From Spirochaetia bacterium (GTDB lineage Bacteria > Spirochaetota > Spirochaetia > SZUA-6 > Bin103): a DNA stretch of 64,000 nt. Where the stretch lies: contig CBDBDQ010000005.1 of the NCBI GenBank assembly GCA_965203905.1, positions 416,001 through 480,000 on the forward strand. The letters are read 5' to 3'. The notes under the pieces are model-generated. The model had not been told where the DNA came from. It searched no databases and worked only from the letters and a program-made list of their open reading frames with translations. The translations under genes were made by a program, and so were the position numbers. Shown here piece by piece: positions 29,480 through 39,754 of the stretch (its first letter is position 1; each line of letters starts with the position of its first letter).

Positions 29480-31168
29480 ATGAAGAGTCTGCTGACATTC
29501 GCGTTGACCGTGATGCTCAGTATGGTTATGGTGGCTGCCGCCTTTGGCGGTGCCGAAGGTGAAGCCGCGGCGACCGGCGGCGTCACGCTGACGGAGCCGG
29601 GGACGTTCCCGATCACGGAGGAGCCGAGCGAGATCTCGCTGTTCACCTACGGCGGCGCCGCCGAGGGCGACCTGCCGAACAGTTGGCTGACCGCCTTCCT
29701 GCAGGAGAAGACCAACGTTTCGATCGATTTCCACCTGACGCCGACGGAACGGTTCAAGGAGCAGATGAACCTGATGATCGCCAGCGGCGAGTTCGTCGAC
29801 GTGATCATCGCCCAGGGGAATTCGCTCACCCAGTTGTCGCGGCCCGAGGAGATGCGCTTGATCCAGCAGGGCATTCTGATGCCGCTGGACGATCTCATCG
29901 AGACCCAGAGCGTCTGGTACAAGCAGCGCCTGGACGAGCTGCCCGGCTTCCGCGAGGCGGTCACGGCCCCGGACGGCCACATCTACGACTTCGGCACCGT
30001 CGGTGGCTGTTTCCACTGCAAGTACGGGCAGAAGATGTGGATCAACCAGACCTGGCTCGATCGCCTCGGCCTGGAAATGCCTACCAATACGGACGAGTTC
30101 TACCAGGTGATGAAGGCGTTCAAGGAACAGGACGCCAACGGCAACGGCGACCCCAATGACGAGTGGCCGATCAACACGGCAAAGGCCGGCGCCTGGGTCC
30201 AGATCGACGGCTTCCTGATGATGCCGTTCCAGTTTTCGGACGTGCGTCAGAGCCAGGTGCGCCGCCTGTACGTGGATGACGGCACCATCAAGGCCGCCTA
30301 CATGCAGCCCGGCTACCGCGACGGCCTGCGCTACCTGAAGCGGATGTGGGACGAGGGCTTGATCTACCCCGATTCCTTTACCCAGGACCGGAACCAGTCG
30401 AAGCGGCTCAACCAGTCGGGCGAGCACGCCATCTTCGGCGCGGTCCCGGCGATGCACCACGGTTACTTCTCGGTGGGCAGCGGACCCGAGGTGCGCTGGC
30501 GCGAGTACTCCGGCGTGCCGCCGCTGGACGGGCCCATGGGGCGCGAGACGCCCTACTACGGCTATCCGTTCAACACCGGCACCACCTTCCTGACCAGCCA
30601 GGCGCGGCTGCCGGAAGTGGCGTTCCGCCTGATCGACTGGCTCTACTCCGACGAGGGCTCAACCGCGGGAGCGTACGGCCAGGAGGGCAAGAGCTGGCGC
30701 AGCCCGGAACCGGGTGAGCTGGCGGTCAACGGCAAGCCCGCCAAGATCGCCCCGCAGGCGGTGCCGGAGGACGATCCCTACTATCAGAACTTCACCTGGG
30801 GCAACCGCAGCAGCTACTACTCGTTCCTGCACAGTTGGCGCAGCTCCCATCAGGACTACATGGTCCCCGGACCGGGAGACTCGGAGCGGTTCCTGTACGT
30901 GTTCAGCGAAGTGTACGAGCCGTTCGGCGCGGCGCTGGAGAAGATGATGCCGCCGTTGTGGTATTCCATGGACAGCATCTCCGAGCTGTCGCAGATCTAC
31001 GCCACCCTCGACGAGTTCGTGTACGAGTCGGCGGTCGCGTTCATCACCGGCACCAAGGACATCGAGACCGAATGGGACGACTACCAGGACGAGCTGCGCG
31101 CCATCGGCGTGGAGCGCTACCTGGAGATTACCCAGGAGGCATACGACAGCAGCGAGTTCGCCAAGTAG
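29480..31168 (+). CDS. Carbohydrate ABC substrate-binding protein (family 1)
   Basis: Signal peptide, AGGAG RBS; 'WINQTWLDRLGL..PT..EFY..KAFKEQDANGNG'. Confidence 0.9.
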   Translation: MKSLLTFALTVMLSMVMVAAAFGGAEGEAAATGGVTLTEPGTFPITEEPSEISLFTYGGAAEGDLPNSWLTAFLQEKTNVSIDFHLTPTERFKEQMNLMIASGEFVDVIIAQGNSLTQLSRPEEMRLIQQGILMPLDDLIETQSVWYKQRLDELPGFREAVTAPDGHIYDFGTVGGCFHCKYGQKMWINQTWLDRLGLEMPTNTDEFYQVMKAFKEQDANGNGDPNDEWPINTAKAGAWVQIDGFLMMPFQFSDVRQSQVRRLYVDDGTIKAAYMQPGYRDGLRYLKRMWDEGLIYPDSFTQDRNQSKRLNQSGEHAIFGAVPAMHHGYFSVGSGPEVRWREYSGVPPLDGPMGRETPYYGYPFNTGTTFLTSQARLPEVAFRLIDWLYSDEGSTAGAYGQEGKSWRSPEPGELAVNGKPAKIAPQAVPEDDPYYQNFTWGNRSSYYSFLHSWRSSHQDYMVPGPGDSERFLYVFSEVYEPFGAALEKMMPPLWYSMDSISELSQIYATLDEFVYESAVAFITGTKDIETEWDDYQDELRAIGVERYLEITQEAYDSSEFAK

Positions 31169-31183
31169 GCGGCGACCGCTTCG

Positions 31184-31226
31184 GCGCTCGCGTGGCGGAA
31201 GTTCCGGCTTTCGCCGCGCGGTGCGC
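31184..31226 (+). terminator. Stem-loop downstream of the SBP gene
   Basis: CGCGTGGCGGAAG pairs with CTTTCGCCGCGCG (with G-U pairs). Confidence 0.5.
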
Positions 31227-31253
31227 TCAACAAGGGCCGGGAGGAATACCGCA

Positions 31254-32060
31254 ATGATGACGGCCGAGCAACGCTACCTGTTCGACCTGCACGGTTATCT
31301 GCACCTGAGAAACGTGCTCTCCGCCGACGAGCTGGCCGCGGCGCGGGCGGCGGCCGAGCGCTACGTCGACTCGCCGCCCGACGAGCTGCCGGAGGGGTTC
31401 CGCGTCGACGGCAGGCGCTACGAGCACGGCTTCGCCTTCGACCGCGCCCTGGAGCGGCTCACCATGCACCCGGCGACCTGGCCGATCGTCACCGAGCTGA
31501 CCCGCGGCCGCCCGCGGCTGGTCAGCGGCACGCTGCAGATCAACGCCGCGGCGACCGACCAGGTGCAGCCCCTGCGCCTGCACTGCGCCCGCGACGACTA
31601 CGGCTGGGACGCGATCCGCTACGAGGTGCGCGACGGCCGCATCTTCTGCGACCACACGGTGGTGTTTCCCTACCTCACCGACGTCCATCCCGGCGACGGC
31701 GGGCTGGTGGTGGTGCCCGGCTCCCACAAGTCGCTGTTCGAGCGGCCGCGGGAACTGTTCAACAACGGGGTGGTCGAGTCCCTCGAGCAGTTCCCGGCGG
31801 GGGTGGAGAACATCACCCCGCGCGCCGGCGACATGGTGGTGATGAACGAGCTGGTGACCCACGGCGCGCTGCCGTGGACCCCGCGCGACCGCAGGCGCAT
31901 GATCCTGGTGCTGCGCTACATGCCGCAGTACAGCCACGCCCCCGACATCCCCGAGGCGGTGCAACGGCGGCTCACCCCGGAAGTACTGGAGCTCACCAGC
32001 CACGCCGGCTACCAGGACGTCAAGAAGATCGTGCGCCGCGAAGCTGCGACGCCCGCCTGA
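31254..32060 (+). CDS. PhyH-family dioxygenase
   Basis: 'EQRYLFDLHGY', 'LHC', 'GDGGLVVVPGSHK', 'THGALPW'. Confidence 0.85.
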   Translation: MMTAEQRYLFDLHGYLHLRNVLSADELAAARAAAERYVDSPPDELPEGFRVDGRRYEHGFAFDRALERLTMHPATWPIVTELTRGRPRLVSGTLQINAAATDQVQPLRLHCARDDYGWDAIRYEVRDGRIFCDHTVVFPYLTDVHPGDGGLVVVPGSHKSLFERPRELFNNGVVESLEQFPAGVENITPRAGDMVVMNELVTHGALPWTPRDRRRMILVLRYMPQYSHAPDIPEAVQRRLTPEVLELTSHAGYQDVKKIVRREAATPA

Positions 32061-32227
32061 GCCTACGGGCACCGCGGTGACGAATCGAAGCAGGAGCGAC
32101 GGGAGCGCGTTGTAGTACGTGACCGATGACGGCTTGCCGAGTTGGATGAGCCGCCCGTGGTGACACCCTACCCAGGCGGCCGGTAGTTTATAGTTACCTG
32201 CTCACCACCGGGCTCAAGACTGTCGTC

Positions 32228-32860
32228 ATGCTTCTGCGCATGCGTCGCCGGTACGGGCGCAACACGAACTTGCGGAAGGCGATGGATGGTGCCCTGTCCG
32301 TCTTCTGCCGCTTGCTTAGTGGGCGCGGTATCGCGCATATTGTGGACCTACAGAAGGCCAGTGATTTGAAGCAATTGGTAACGCCTGCCGGCGTACAGCA
32401 AGCACGTAGCATTCACCTTGAGACCAGGCGGGGAACCTCCATTCGCAACTCTCAATCACCCGTCATCGCAACGTGGCAGGCGGCCCAATTATCCAAGCTG
32501 CAGCGTGATTATCCTAGGGTAGTCCAGCGCACCGGGCCGTCCGGCTTCTACAACTGTCATGGGCTCGTGTTCGCTTCGCGGCGCACGGAAGTATACTCTG
32601 GTGAGGTTCACAAGATTCTCAACGAAGATGGCTACTCTGAAATCGAGCTGCCGAGTGTGAAGCCTGGCGACGTCATTCTGTACTTTGACTCAGACGGAGA
32701 CATCGAGCACTCAGGAATCGTGGTTTCCGCACCGAACCCCGATTCCCTTCGCATTCCCAAGGTGGTTAGTAAGTGGGGTGCATGGCGGGAGGTGATCCAC
32801 TTCGCGAATGATTGTCCGTACACCTTCACTGATGCCAGGTACTACCGGGTGGTGGAATGA
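32228..32860 (+). CDS. Putative papain/NlpC-P60-like Cys-His protein
   Basis: 'YNCHGLVF', 'KPGDVILY', 'IEHSGIV', 'SKWG'; lower GC; true start may be downstream. Confidence 0.6.
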   Translation: MLLRMRRRYGRNTNLRKAMDGALSVFCRLLSGRGIAHIVDLQKASDLKQLVTPAGVQQARSIHLETRRGTSIRNSQSPVIATWQAAQLSKLQRDYPRVVQRTGPSGFYNCHGLVFASRRTEVYSGEVHKILNEDGYSEIELPSVKPGDVILYFDSDGDIEHSGIVVSAPNPDSLRIPKVVSKWGAWREVIHFANDCPYTFTDARYYRVVE

Positions 32861-33294
32861 TAGACCTGATTGGGGCACGCATGGAACTAGTAATTGGTAT
32901 TGTGTTCGTTGCCAACACGCCAGCTTATTTGTTCAAACGTCTGCGTCACTTGTTTGCCGACATTTCCCGCAGAATTCCGCTTGATCGGGCAGTCCATGAG
33001 TTGCAAAGAGAGATCGCTAAAGCTTCCAATCGTGATCTGCACAGAGTAGCGTACATGTACGCTCTGTTTATCGTGATGTCGTATTATGAATACTCACAGG
33101 TTAAGGGTGAACTCGGCTGGGTACGGACCGGCGGCCTCCGCTGGATCGAAGAGCTAGTCAGTCACTACGAACGGACAGTTGTGCCTTCGAATTCGATCAC
33201 TGTAGACATTCCACCCCAATTGATCGAACCGACTCACACGATCTCGGTAAGTGCGAATAACAATCCAATCGTTGTGACGGGAGACTCTACATGA
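32857..33294 (+). CDS. Hypothetical protein
   Basis: ATGA overlaps on both sides; lower GC. Confidence 0.65.
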   Translation: MIDLIGARMELVIGIVFVANTPAYLFKRLRHLFADISRRIPLDRAVHELQREIAKASNRDLHRVAYMYALFIVMSYYEYSQVKGELGWVRTGGLRWIEELVSHYERTVVPSNSITVDIPPQLIEPTHTISVSANNNPIVVTGDST

Positions 33295-33698
33295 CGGTAT
33301 CCCTATTCGTGGTCTCTGAGAGCTCCTCAGTTGATCGCGAGACAAACGTACTCTCAATCTTCAATATTGTAGATCATATCGACCCTGTATCTCTGCCACT
33401 AATCATCCCAGGGTTGGTGCTCACGATCGTCTTAATACGAGAAGAAGGTGAGCCCGAAACTATCGATGGTCGTATCTCCATCGCAAACAATGAGGACACC
33501 ATAGTCACCTTGCCCTCGAAAGTGGATTTTGCGGGCAAGAGACGCACCCGGCTCTCGGCCAGGATAAATGGTGTTCCCGTGCGTTCGCCCGGCACATTGA
33601 TCTTCAAGTACACCGCTGTCTCAATGGTTGACGTTGCGGTCACTGTACCCGTGTCCGAGCCAAAGCCCTCACAGGAGCACCGGAGGGACGCTGAGTGA
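33291..33698 (+). CDS. DUF6941-like beta-sandwich protein
   Basis: 'FVVSESSSVDRETNVLSIFNIVD..P..' pattern; ATGA overlap. Confidence 0.6.
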   Translation: MTVSLFVVSESSSVDRETNVLSIFNIVDHIDPVSLPLIIPGLVLTIVLIREEGEPETIDGRISIANNEDTIVTLPSKVDFAGKRRTRLSARINGVPVRSPGTLIFKYTAVSMVDVAVTVPVSEPKPSQEHRRDAE

Positions 33699-36088
33699 GG
33701 ATAACCACGCACGCTTCCGTGCCTGAGAGCAGCCAGAACCCGCAGAGGTGCGAGTTTCCGCTGGAGATCGCATTCGACCGCCGCGCCGGCGCCACCACCC
33801 CGGTCAAGGTGGAGTTGGACTTCGGCCGGATGATCGATCCGCATACCCTGGTCGCCCGGCGCCGCGTCGGCGGGCGCGAGCGGGCTTACCAGGTACAGTT
33901 CGACGAGGGCCTGTACTACGGGCCGCGGGGCTGGGTCGCTTGGCTGGTGGACGATCCCGCTGCCGGCGGCGAATGGCGGGTGGAGGCGGCGCCGCGGGCG
34001 GCGGACGGCGGGCTGGCGCCGGCGCCCTGTCTGCCAATGGTAGGGGTGGGCGACGAGATCCACTACAACGGCGACCGCTGGCAACCGATCGCCGCCCCCG
34101 GCCGCCACGCGATGCCGCTGACTGCGGACTGGGACGGCGACGGCCTGGTCGACATCCTGTGCGCCAGCCACCACGCCAACGGCCTCGGCATGCCGTGGGG
34201 CGGCGTGTTCTTCTGGCGCAACATCGGCAGCAACCGCGAGCCGCGCTTCGCGCCGCCGATGCGCCTCTACGCCGACGGGGTCAACCTGGTGCAGCGCGAG
34301 TACCGCATGCACGAAATCCCACCGCAGCGGGAGTTCATCAGCGAGGACTACCTGAGCTGCGACGTGTTCGACTGGTTCGGCAGCGGACGCCAGGACCTCA
34401 TCACCATCAGCCAGCGCGGCGGCATCAAGGTGTACCGCAACACCGGCGCGCGCGACGCCGCCGGCCTGCCGGCACTGGAGCTGGCGGCCACGGTGCCGTT
34501 TCCGCCGCTGCTCGCGGCCGGCCGCTACCTGCAGGTCAAGGTGCGCGACTGGGACGGCAGCGGGCGGCCCTCGCTGATCATCGGCAGCGTTTCCCACGAC
34601 AAGCAGACGCACGTGGCGCGCGAGCAGATCGTGCTGCTGCGCAACACCGGCCGCGACCCCGCCACCGGCGACTGGGCCTTCTCCCCCATGGTGTTGCCGA
34701 TATCGGGGGCCCGCATCGGCCACGACGTGCGCATCGCGGATCCGGAATTCTCCAACTTCTCCAACCACCGGGCGCTGAGCATCGACGTGTTCGACATCGA
34801 CGGCGACGGCATGCTGGAGCTGCTGTGCTGCCACGTGCTCGACCTGCGCAGCCCGGTCATCGAGCTGTGGCGCAACGTCGGCTCGGTCGACGAGCCGGCG
34901 ATGATGAACCAGGGCCAGTTGCCGTGGAGCCGCGACGCCATGGCGTTCGGCTTCCACTTCGCACGCAACGCAGCGTTCCACGGCTGCATCCGGGCGAGCT
35001 GGTATGACGACTACGGGTTTCGCTACTTCGAGCGGCGTGGCAATGACGTATTCGTTCCCGGCAACTTCCACGACTCCGGCGCACTGCTCGGCGAGGCGTG
35101 CAAGGTCAAGCACGAGGGGATGGTCAAGGGCGACCCGATCGACCCCCGCGGCAACGGCGCCTTCGACCTGGTGTGCGGCGACCTCGCCGGCTACTTCACG
35201 CTGGTGCGCAACACCGGCACCGCCGCGGCGCCCGCCTTCACGCCGCCCGAGCGGATCCGCGACGCCGCTGGCGATCCGGTGAGGATCTACCGGGAGAGCA
35301 TCCTGCACGACAACAACTCGGAGCGGAACTGCGGCCAGCTCAAGCCCTTCCTGTGTGACTGGGACGGCGACGGCAGGCTGGACCTGATCGTCGGCAACAA
35401 CACCAACCGGATCTTCTGGCTCCAGGGCTACGACCCGAACAGCAACCGCATCGCCGGGCGGCGCGAGCTGGCGGTGCGCGGCATGATCGACCCGTTCGGG
35501 TTCCGCAAGGGGCCCGCGGTGGTCGACTTCGACGGCGACGGCCGCATGGAGCTGCTGGCCGTCGACAGCCTCGGGCGGATCAGCGTGTTCCACCAGGGCG
35601 GCGGCGCCGACGGCACGCTCGTGCTGGAGCCGCCGGTACCGCTCACCTACCGCGACGGCGGCACGGTTCTGAACTCCGACATCGGACGGGGGCTGGCCGC
35701 AACCGACGGGGTTCCCTTCCCGGACGGCCTGCCCTCGCTGTGGCGCGAGCCGAGCATCACCCTGGCGGCCTGCGACTGGCACCGGCGCGGGGTGTTCGAC
35801 CTGTTCATCTCGTCCAACTGGTACACGTTCTTGCTGGAGAACAGCGGCACCCGCGAGGCGCCCTGCTTCGAGCGGCCGCGGCCGATCCGCACCCCCGACG
35901 GCAAGGCGCACAAGCTCTCCCAGCACGAGAGCCATGTCACCGCCTACGACTGGAACGGCGACGGCGCCCCGGACCTGATCATCGGCGGCGAGTCGGGCGG
36001 CCTCTACCTGTTCCACCACGACTGGCTGTCCGGCATCGCGCACACGGCGCGGGTGTCCGAGCCGTCGAACGGCGGAACCGCGCCTTGA
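33695..36088 (+). CDS. FG-GAP/VCBS repeat protein
   Basis: Repeated DWDGDG..DL motifs; start uncertain. Confidence 0.85.
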   Translation: MRITTHASVPESSQNPQRCEFPLEIAFDRRAGATTPVKVELDFGRMIDPHTLVARRRVGGRERAYQVQFDEGLYYGPRGWVAWLVDDPAAGGEWRVEAAPRAADGGLAPAPCLPMVGVGDEIHYNGDRWQPIAAPGRHAMPLTADWDGDGLVDILCASHHANGLGMPWGGVFFWRNIGSNREPRFAPPMRLYADGVNLVQREYRMHEIPPQREFISEDYLSCDVFDWFGSGRQDLITISQRGGIKVYRNTGARDAAGLPALELAATVPFPPLLAAGRYLQVKVRDWDGSGRPSLIIGSVSHDKQTHVAREQIVLLRNTGRDPATGDWAFSPMVLPISGARIGHDVRIADPEFSNFSNHRALSIDVFDIDGDGMLELLCCHVLDLRSPVIELWRNVGSVDEPAMMNQGQLPWSRDAMAFGFHFARNAAFHGCIRASWYDDYGFRYFERRGNDVFVPGNFHDSGALLGEACKVKHEGMVKGDPIDPRGNGAFDLVCGDLAGYFTLVRNTGTAAAPAFTPPERIRDAAGDPVRIYRESILHDNNSERNCGQLKPFLCDWDGDGRLDLIVGNNTNRIFWLQGYDPNSNRIAGRRELAVRGMIDPFGFRKGPAVVDFDGDGRMELLAVDSLGRISVFHQGGGADGTLVLEPPVPLTYRDGGTVLNSDIGRGLAATDGVPFPDGLPSLWREPSITLAACDWHRRGVFDLFISSNWYTFLLENSGTREAPCFERPRPIRTPDGKAHKLSQHESHVTAYDWNGDGAPDLIIGGESGGLYLFHHDWLSGIAHTARVSEPSNGGTAP

Positions 36089-38082
36089 ACGCCGTAACTG
36101 CGACCAGCCTGGCGCCGCCGCCGCCGTGGGCGTTCATGCAGCGGCGGCTGATCGACACCATGGAGCAGGCCACCGAGGCGATGCTGGCCAAGTACACCGA
36201 ACCCGGCGGCGCCCTGTACTTCGCCGACGACGTGGACGACATGTACGAACGGTTTGCCAACTGGAGCCTGTTCTACGCCATGGGCGCCGACGAGCGGGTG
36301 GCGCAGATAGCGCTGCAGCAGTGGAACGCGACCACCCGCTGGTGCGACGACGGCGTCGTCAACCGGCGCCACCACCACGAGTTCCACATGAACCTGGGCG
36401 AGCGGGGCCGGCTGCGGCGCACGTTCAACCCGCAGATCCACAACGAGTACTACAACCTGGCGGAGCCGGCCGTCGCCGAGTGGCACCACAAGGGCGAGGG
36501 CAACATGGCGTTCTACCACTTCGGCCTGGCCTACCCGCACAGCTCGGAGAACGTGCGCCGCGCGCGTCGCTTCGCCGCCATGTACATCGGCGAGGACCCC
36601 GAGGCGCCCAACTACGACCTGCGTAACCGGGTGTTCCGCTCGCCCTTCCAGTCCAGCGTCGGTCCCTGGCTCCACACCGACGACGTGGAAGCGGTGAAAT
36701 CGATCCTGAACGGTCCCTACCCTGGAAAAAACCTGCCGTGGGAACCCAAGCCTATGGGCCAGCACGCTTCCCTCTACCCGGCAATCGCCCACTTGGAGAA
36801 CGACTGGTACGAGAAGCCGGAGCGGGTCCCGGAAATCATCTACGCCTTCAACCGCGTGGTGCTGAACAGCGACAGTGCCAACAACCTCGCCGCCACCGCG
36901 CTGGTGACCAACGCCTACCTCTACACCGGCGAGGAGAAGTATCGCCGCTGGGTGCTGGACTACGTGGAGGCGTGGCTGGAGCGGATCCGTGCCAACGGCG
37001 GCATCATTCCCGACAACGTGGGGCCCACCGGCAAGCCGGGCGAGCGGCGCGACGGCGTGTGGTGGGGCGGCATGTACGGCTGGAACAGCAAGTTCGGCTG
37101 CCGCATGATCCTCCACGCCGTCACCATCGCCGCCGAGTGCGCGCTGCTGCTGAGCGGCGACTTCGGCTACCTGGAGCTGCTCCGTTCCCAGCTCCACGTG
37201 CTGCTGGACCATGCCGTCCACGACGACCGCGGCCGGCTGCTGGTGCCGTGGCGCCACGGCCCCGACGGCTGGGCCATGCATCGGCCGATGCGGGTCCGCG
37301 AGCCGGTCCACCTGTGGCATGCCTCGCTGGCCGAGGCGGACCGGGAGCTGATCGCCACCCTGCGGGCGGGAGATCCCGAGCACGACTGGAACGAGGCGGC
37401 GGTGGAGGGCGAGAAGAACGAGGGCGCCACCGAGCGGCCCCGCTTCCAGTACTACACCGGAGAGAACCCGGGCTGGCCCGAGGCGTCACTGCAGGCCGAG
37501 TTTCGCGGCGTCATGGAGGTGTGCGAGACCATCCGCCTCGACCGGCGCAGCATCGAGGAACGGATCGAGCAGAACGTCGTGCCGCCCAATCCCGTGGCCA
37601 CCAAGGCGCTCACCCAGCTCACCCTGGGGAGTCCGCAGAGCGTCTACAACGGCGGGCTGCTACGCGCCCAGGTGCGCTACTTCGACGAGCAGCGGCGGCG
37701 TCCCGGCCTCCCTCCCGACGTCGCCGCCCTGGTCACCAGGCTGAGCGCCGACCGCACCTCCCTGACACTCATCAACCTGAGCCCGGACCATACTCGCTCC
37801 GCAATCGTCCAGGCCGGCGCCTTCGGCGAGCACGAGATTCGCGACGTGCACTTTCGACACACCGAGGAACGAGGCATGCAGCGCACCATCTGGAACAGCG
37901 GCCGCCACGCCGTGGAGCGCGCCACCACGCAGCGCCGCCACATGGTGAACGGCACCTCGTTCACCGTTCACCTGCCGCCCTTCCGATCACTCGAGCTGGA
38001 CCTGGAGCTGAAGCGCTTCGCGCGCCGTCCCAGCTACGCCTTCCCCTGGCACGGCGGCCGGGTCCCGAGCGTGTTCCAGTGA
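36085..38082 (+). CDS. Hypothetical protein (probable alpha/alpha-toroid enzyme)
   Basis: TTG start overlapping upstream TGA; long high-GC3 ORF; 'GIIPDNVG..G', 'VQAGAFGEH'. Confidence 0.7.
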   Translation: MNAVTATSLAPPPPWAFMQRRLIDTMEQATEAMLAKYTEPGGALYFADDVDDMYERFANWSLFYAMGADERVAQIALQQWNATTRWCDDGVVNRRHHHEFHMNLGERGRLRRTFNPQIHNEYYNLAEPAVAEWHHKGEGNMAFYHFGLAYPHSSENVRRARRFAAMYIGEDPEAPNYDLRNRVFRSPFQSSVGPWLHTDDVEAVKSILNGPYPGKNLPWEPKPMGQHASLYPAIAHLENDWYEKPERVPEIIYAFNRVVLNSDSANNLAATALVTNAYLYTGEEKYRRWVLDYVEAWLERIRANGGIIPDNVGPTGKPGERRDGVWWGGMYGWNSKFGCRMILHAVTIAAECALLLSGDFGYLELLRSQLHVLLDHAVHDDRGRLLVPWRHGPDGWAMHRPMRVREPVHLWHASLAEADRELIATLRAGDPEHDWNEAAVEGEKNEGATERPRFQYYTGENPGWPEASLQAEFRGVMEVCETIRLDRRSIEERIEQNVVPPNPVATKALTQLTLGSPQSVYNGGLLRAQVRYFDEQRRRPGLPPDVAALVTRLSADRTSLTLINLSPDHTRSAIVQAGAFGEHEIRDVHFRHTEERGMQRTIWNSGRHAVERATTQRRHMVNGTSFTVHLPPFRSLELDLELKRFARRPSYAFPWHGGRVPSVFQ

Positions 38083-38094
38083 AGCGCCGGCGCG

Positions 38095-38244
38095 ACAGGT
38101 GAATTCAGCACGACTCGCGACAGACAAGAGCTCACCATTATCCAGATCGTTCCAACCCCGATGTGCGGTCGTATCACAGTCGATTCCGAGGGACTTCAGT
38201 GAACCTACCAGTTGCTTCGGTAGATTGTGGTCAAGCAGCCACAT
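38095..38244 (-). pseudogene. DUF5615 (VapC45-like PIN) toxin, 3'-truncated
   Basis: 'MWLLDHNLP..L..LG..C.T....GW..L.NGELL..A'; breaks off after ~50 aa. Confidence 0.75.
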
Positions 38245-38420
38245 GGGCTGAAGCGAATCTCAGAACCTCAGGCACACTCTCTGCAGGGAAACCAGGATAA
38301 TCGTTGGCAATCTCTTGTGCCGTCATCCCGATAGAGAGGCATTCCAAGACTTTAGATCCTCATGCCAATTCTGATCCCAAAGTTGCGTGTACCGGGCGCC
38401 TTGTAGAGCCGGATCACCTG
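38231..38420 (-). pseudogene. DUF433 antitoxin remnant
   Basis: Minus strand reads VLECLSIGMTAQEIANDYPGFPAESVPEVLRFAS; upstream part out of frame. Confidence 0.65.
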
Positions 38421-38675
38421 CTCCATGCCCCGACGGTTACAGCGCCAGCGTGCTCGTGTTCAGGATGGGTGCCCCATCGCGAATAGCGTGAACCGCGTCT
38501 GCGAGGGTGCACGCAAGGTGCGACATTGTCAACCGATCACCCGGCCGCCGCGCCGACGTAGCGCTTCGGCTGAAAGCGCGTCACCCCACTTGGCGGCGGC
38601 GGGGCGAGCGCCGGGCCGGAGCGCTGCATGGCCGCCTCGCGGGCCGGGATACCGGCGCTCATCGCGCCGGCACGT

Positions 38676-39140
38676 TCAGGTCGTCGCGGCTTCCGAGATG
38701 CTTCCCTTCCGCTGCGTGATCGCGTGGCTCTTGAACCCTTGCACCGCTCCCATCACGGCCTTCTCCACGGGGATGCGCTCGATGCTCGAAGCTCCGACGA
38801 ATCCCTGGGCGTCGGTCTGCGCGTACAGCGCCGCCGTGTCCTCGGGTTCGGCAAAGGGCCCACCGTGCGCCAGGCAGATAGCGTCCACTTCCACCGCCCA
38901 GGCCCCCTCCATGATCTTCTGGGCGCTGGTCAGAGCCTCGGCCATCGGCGCGGCGGCGAAGCCGACCAGCCCGCCCGAGGTTCCACCGACGTGGGCACAC
39001 ACCACGTCCACGCCCGCCTGCACCATCTCGGCCGCGTGCTCGGCCGAGTGGACATAGCACATGGTGAACAGGCCCCCCTCCCTGAACGTCCGTATCATCT
39101 CGACCTCGCGCGCGAAGCGCCAGGGTATGCCGAGGTTTGT
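38676..39140 (-). pseudogene. PEP-hydrolase-like TIM-barrel protein, C-terminal half only
   Basis: 'EVEMIR', 'AHVGGTSGG', 'LAHGGPFAEPED', 'GFVGASSIERIP'; N-terminal half absent. Confidence 0.7.
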
Positions 39141-39213
39141 GTCGCTCGAGCGGTGTGACGCTGCCGTCGTGCAGCAGCCGGTAGTGCATCAGTTTGAAAC
39201 CGGCGGTGGTTGA

Positions 39214-39675
39214 CTAGTTCCAGACCAGCCCGCTGTAGCCCCAGGCGAAGTCAGCCGGACACAGCACGTCCTCTCCGTTCCCTTCGAGGTACACGCAAGC
39301 TGTGATCTCAAGCTTGAGCACCTTGGTCGCCACGTAGTTGAACCTGGTGCCGTCGTCCAGGATGAATTCGTACAGCGGGATTTTGATCTCCTTGCCTGCC
39401 GAGAACGAGTCTGAATGGCGGATGTAGGTCTCATTGATTTCGAGCTTGACGCCGATCCATGGCTCGGCATCGTTGTTCGTGACGTACAGGTTGCCCAGAC
39501 CATCGGTCTGTGCCGCGGCGTTCAGGGTCACGGTGGCCACGTCGTCACCTCCGGACGATAGGAGCACGATCATGGCCACCGCTGCCACGCCTACGGCGAT
39601 CACCGCGAGGCACCCCCACTTGCCACGTCGAACTTCGTCTGCTTCTTTCTGTTCGTCGGTCTGGTCTTCGGCCAT
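39214..39675 (-). CDS. Single-pass membrane protein (transposon cargo)
   Basis: 'KWGCLAVIAVGVAAVAMIVLL' TM segment followed by a beta-rich domain. Confidence 0.65.
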   Translation of the reverse strand: MAEDQTDEQKEADEVRRGKWGCLAVIAVGVAAVAMIVLLSSGGDDVATVTLNAAAQTDGLGNLYVTNNDAEPWIGVKLEINETYIRHSDSFSAGKEIKIPLYEFILDDGTRFNYVATKVLKLEITACVYLEGNGEDVLCPADFAWGYSGLVWN

Positions 39676-39754
39676 ACCTGCCCACCGTAGCAGTTTCAAC
39701 AATCAGACTGCAACACCCTTGACTGGGAGCCGCGCCGCCCCGCACATTGCAGGC

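Noticed and set aside
30007-30018. CFHC in the SBP as a heme-binding motif
   Set aside because: Not CxxCH; more likely a disulfide
32182-33720. Low-GC cassette as a bounded IS or MITE
   Set aside because: No convincing right-hand IR or target duplication found
38676-39179. Transposon insertion as the cause of the TIM-barrel truncation
   Set aside because: The missing N-terminal half is not present on the other side of the element
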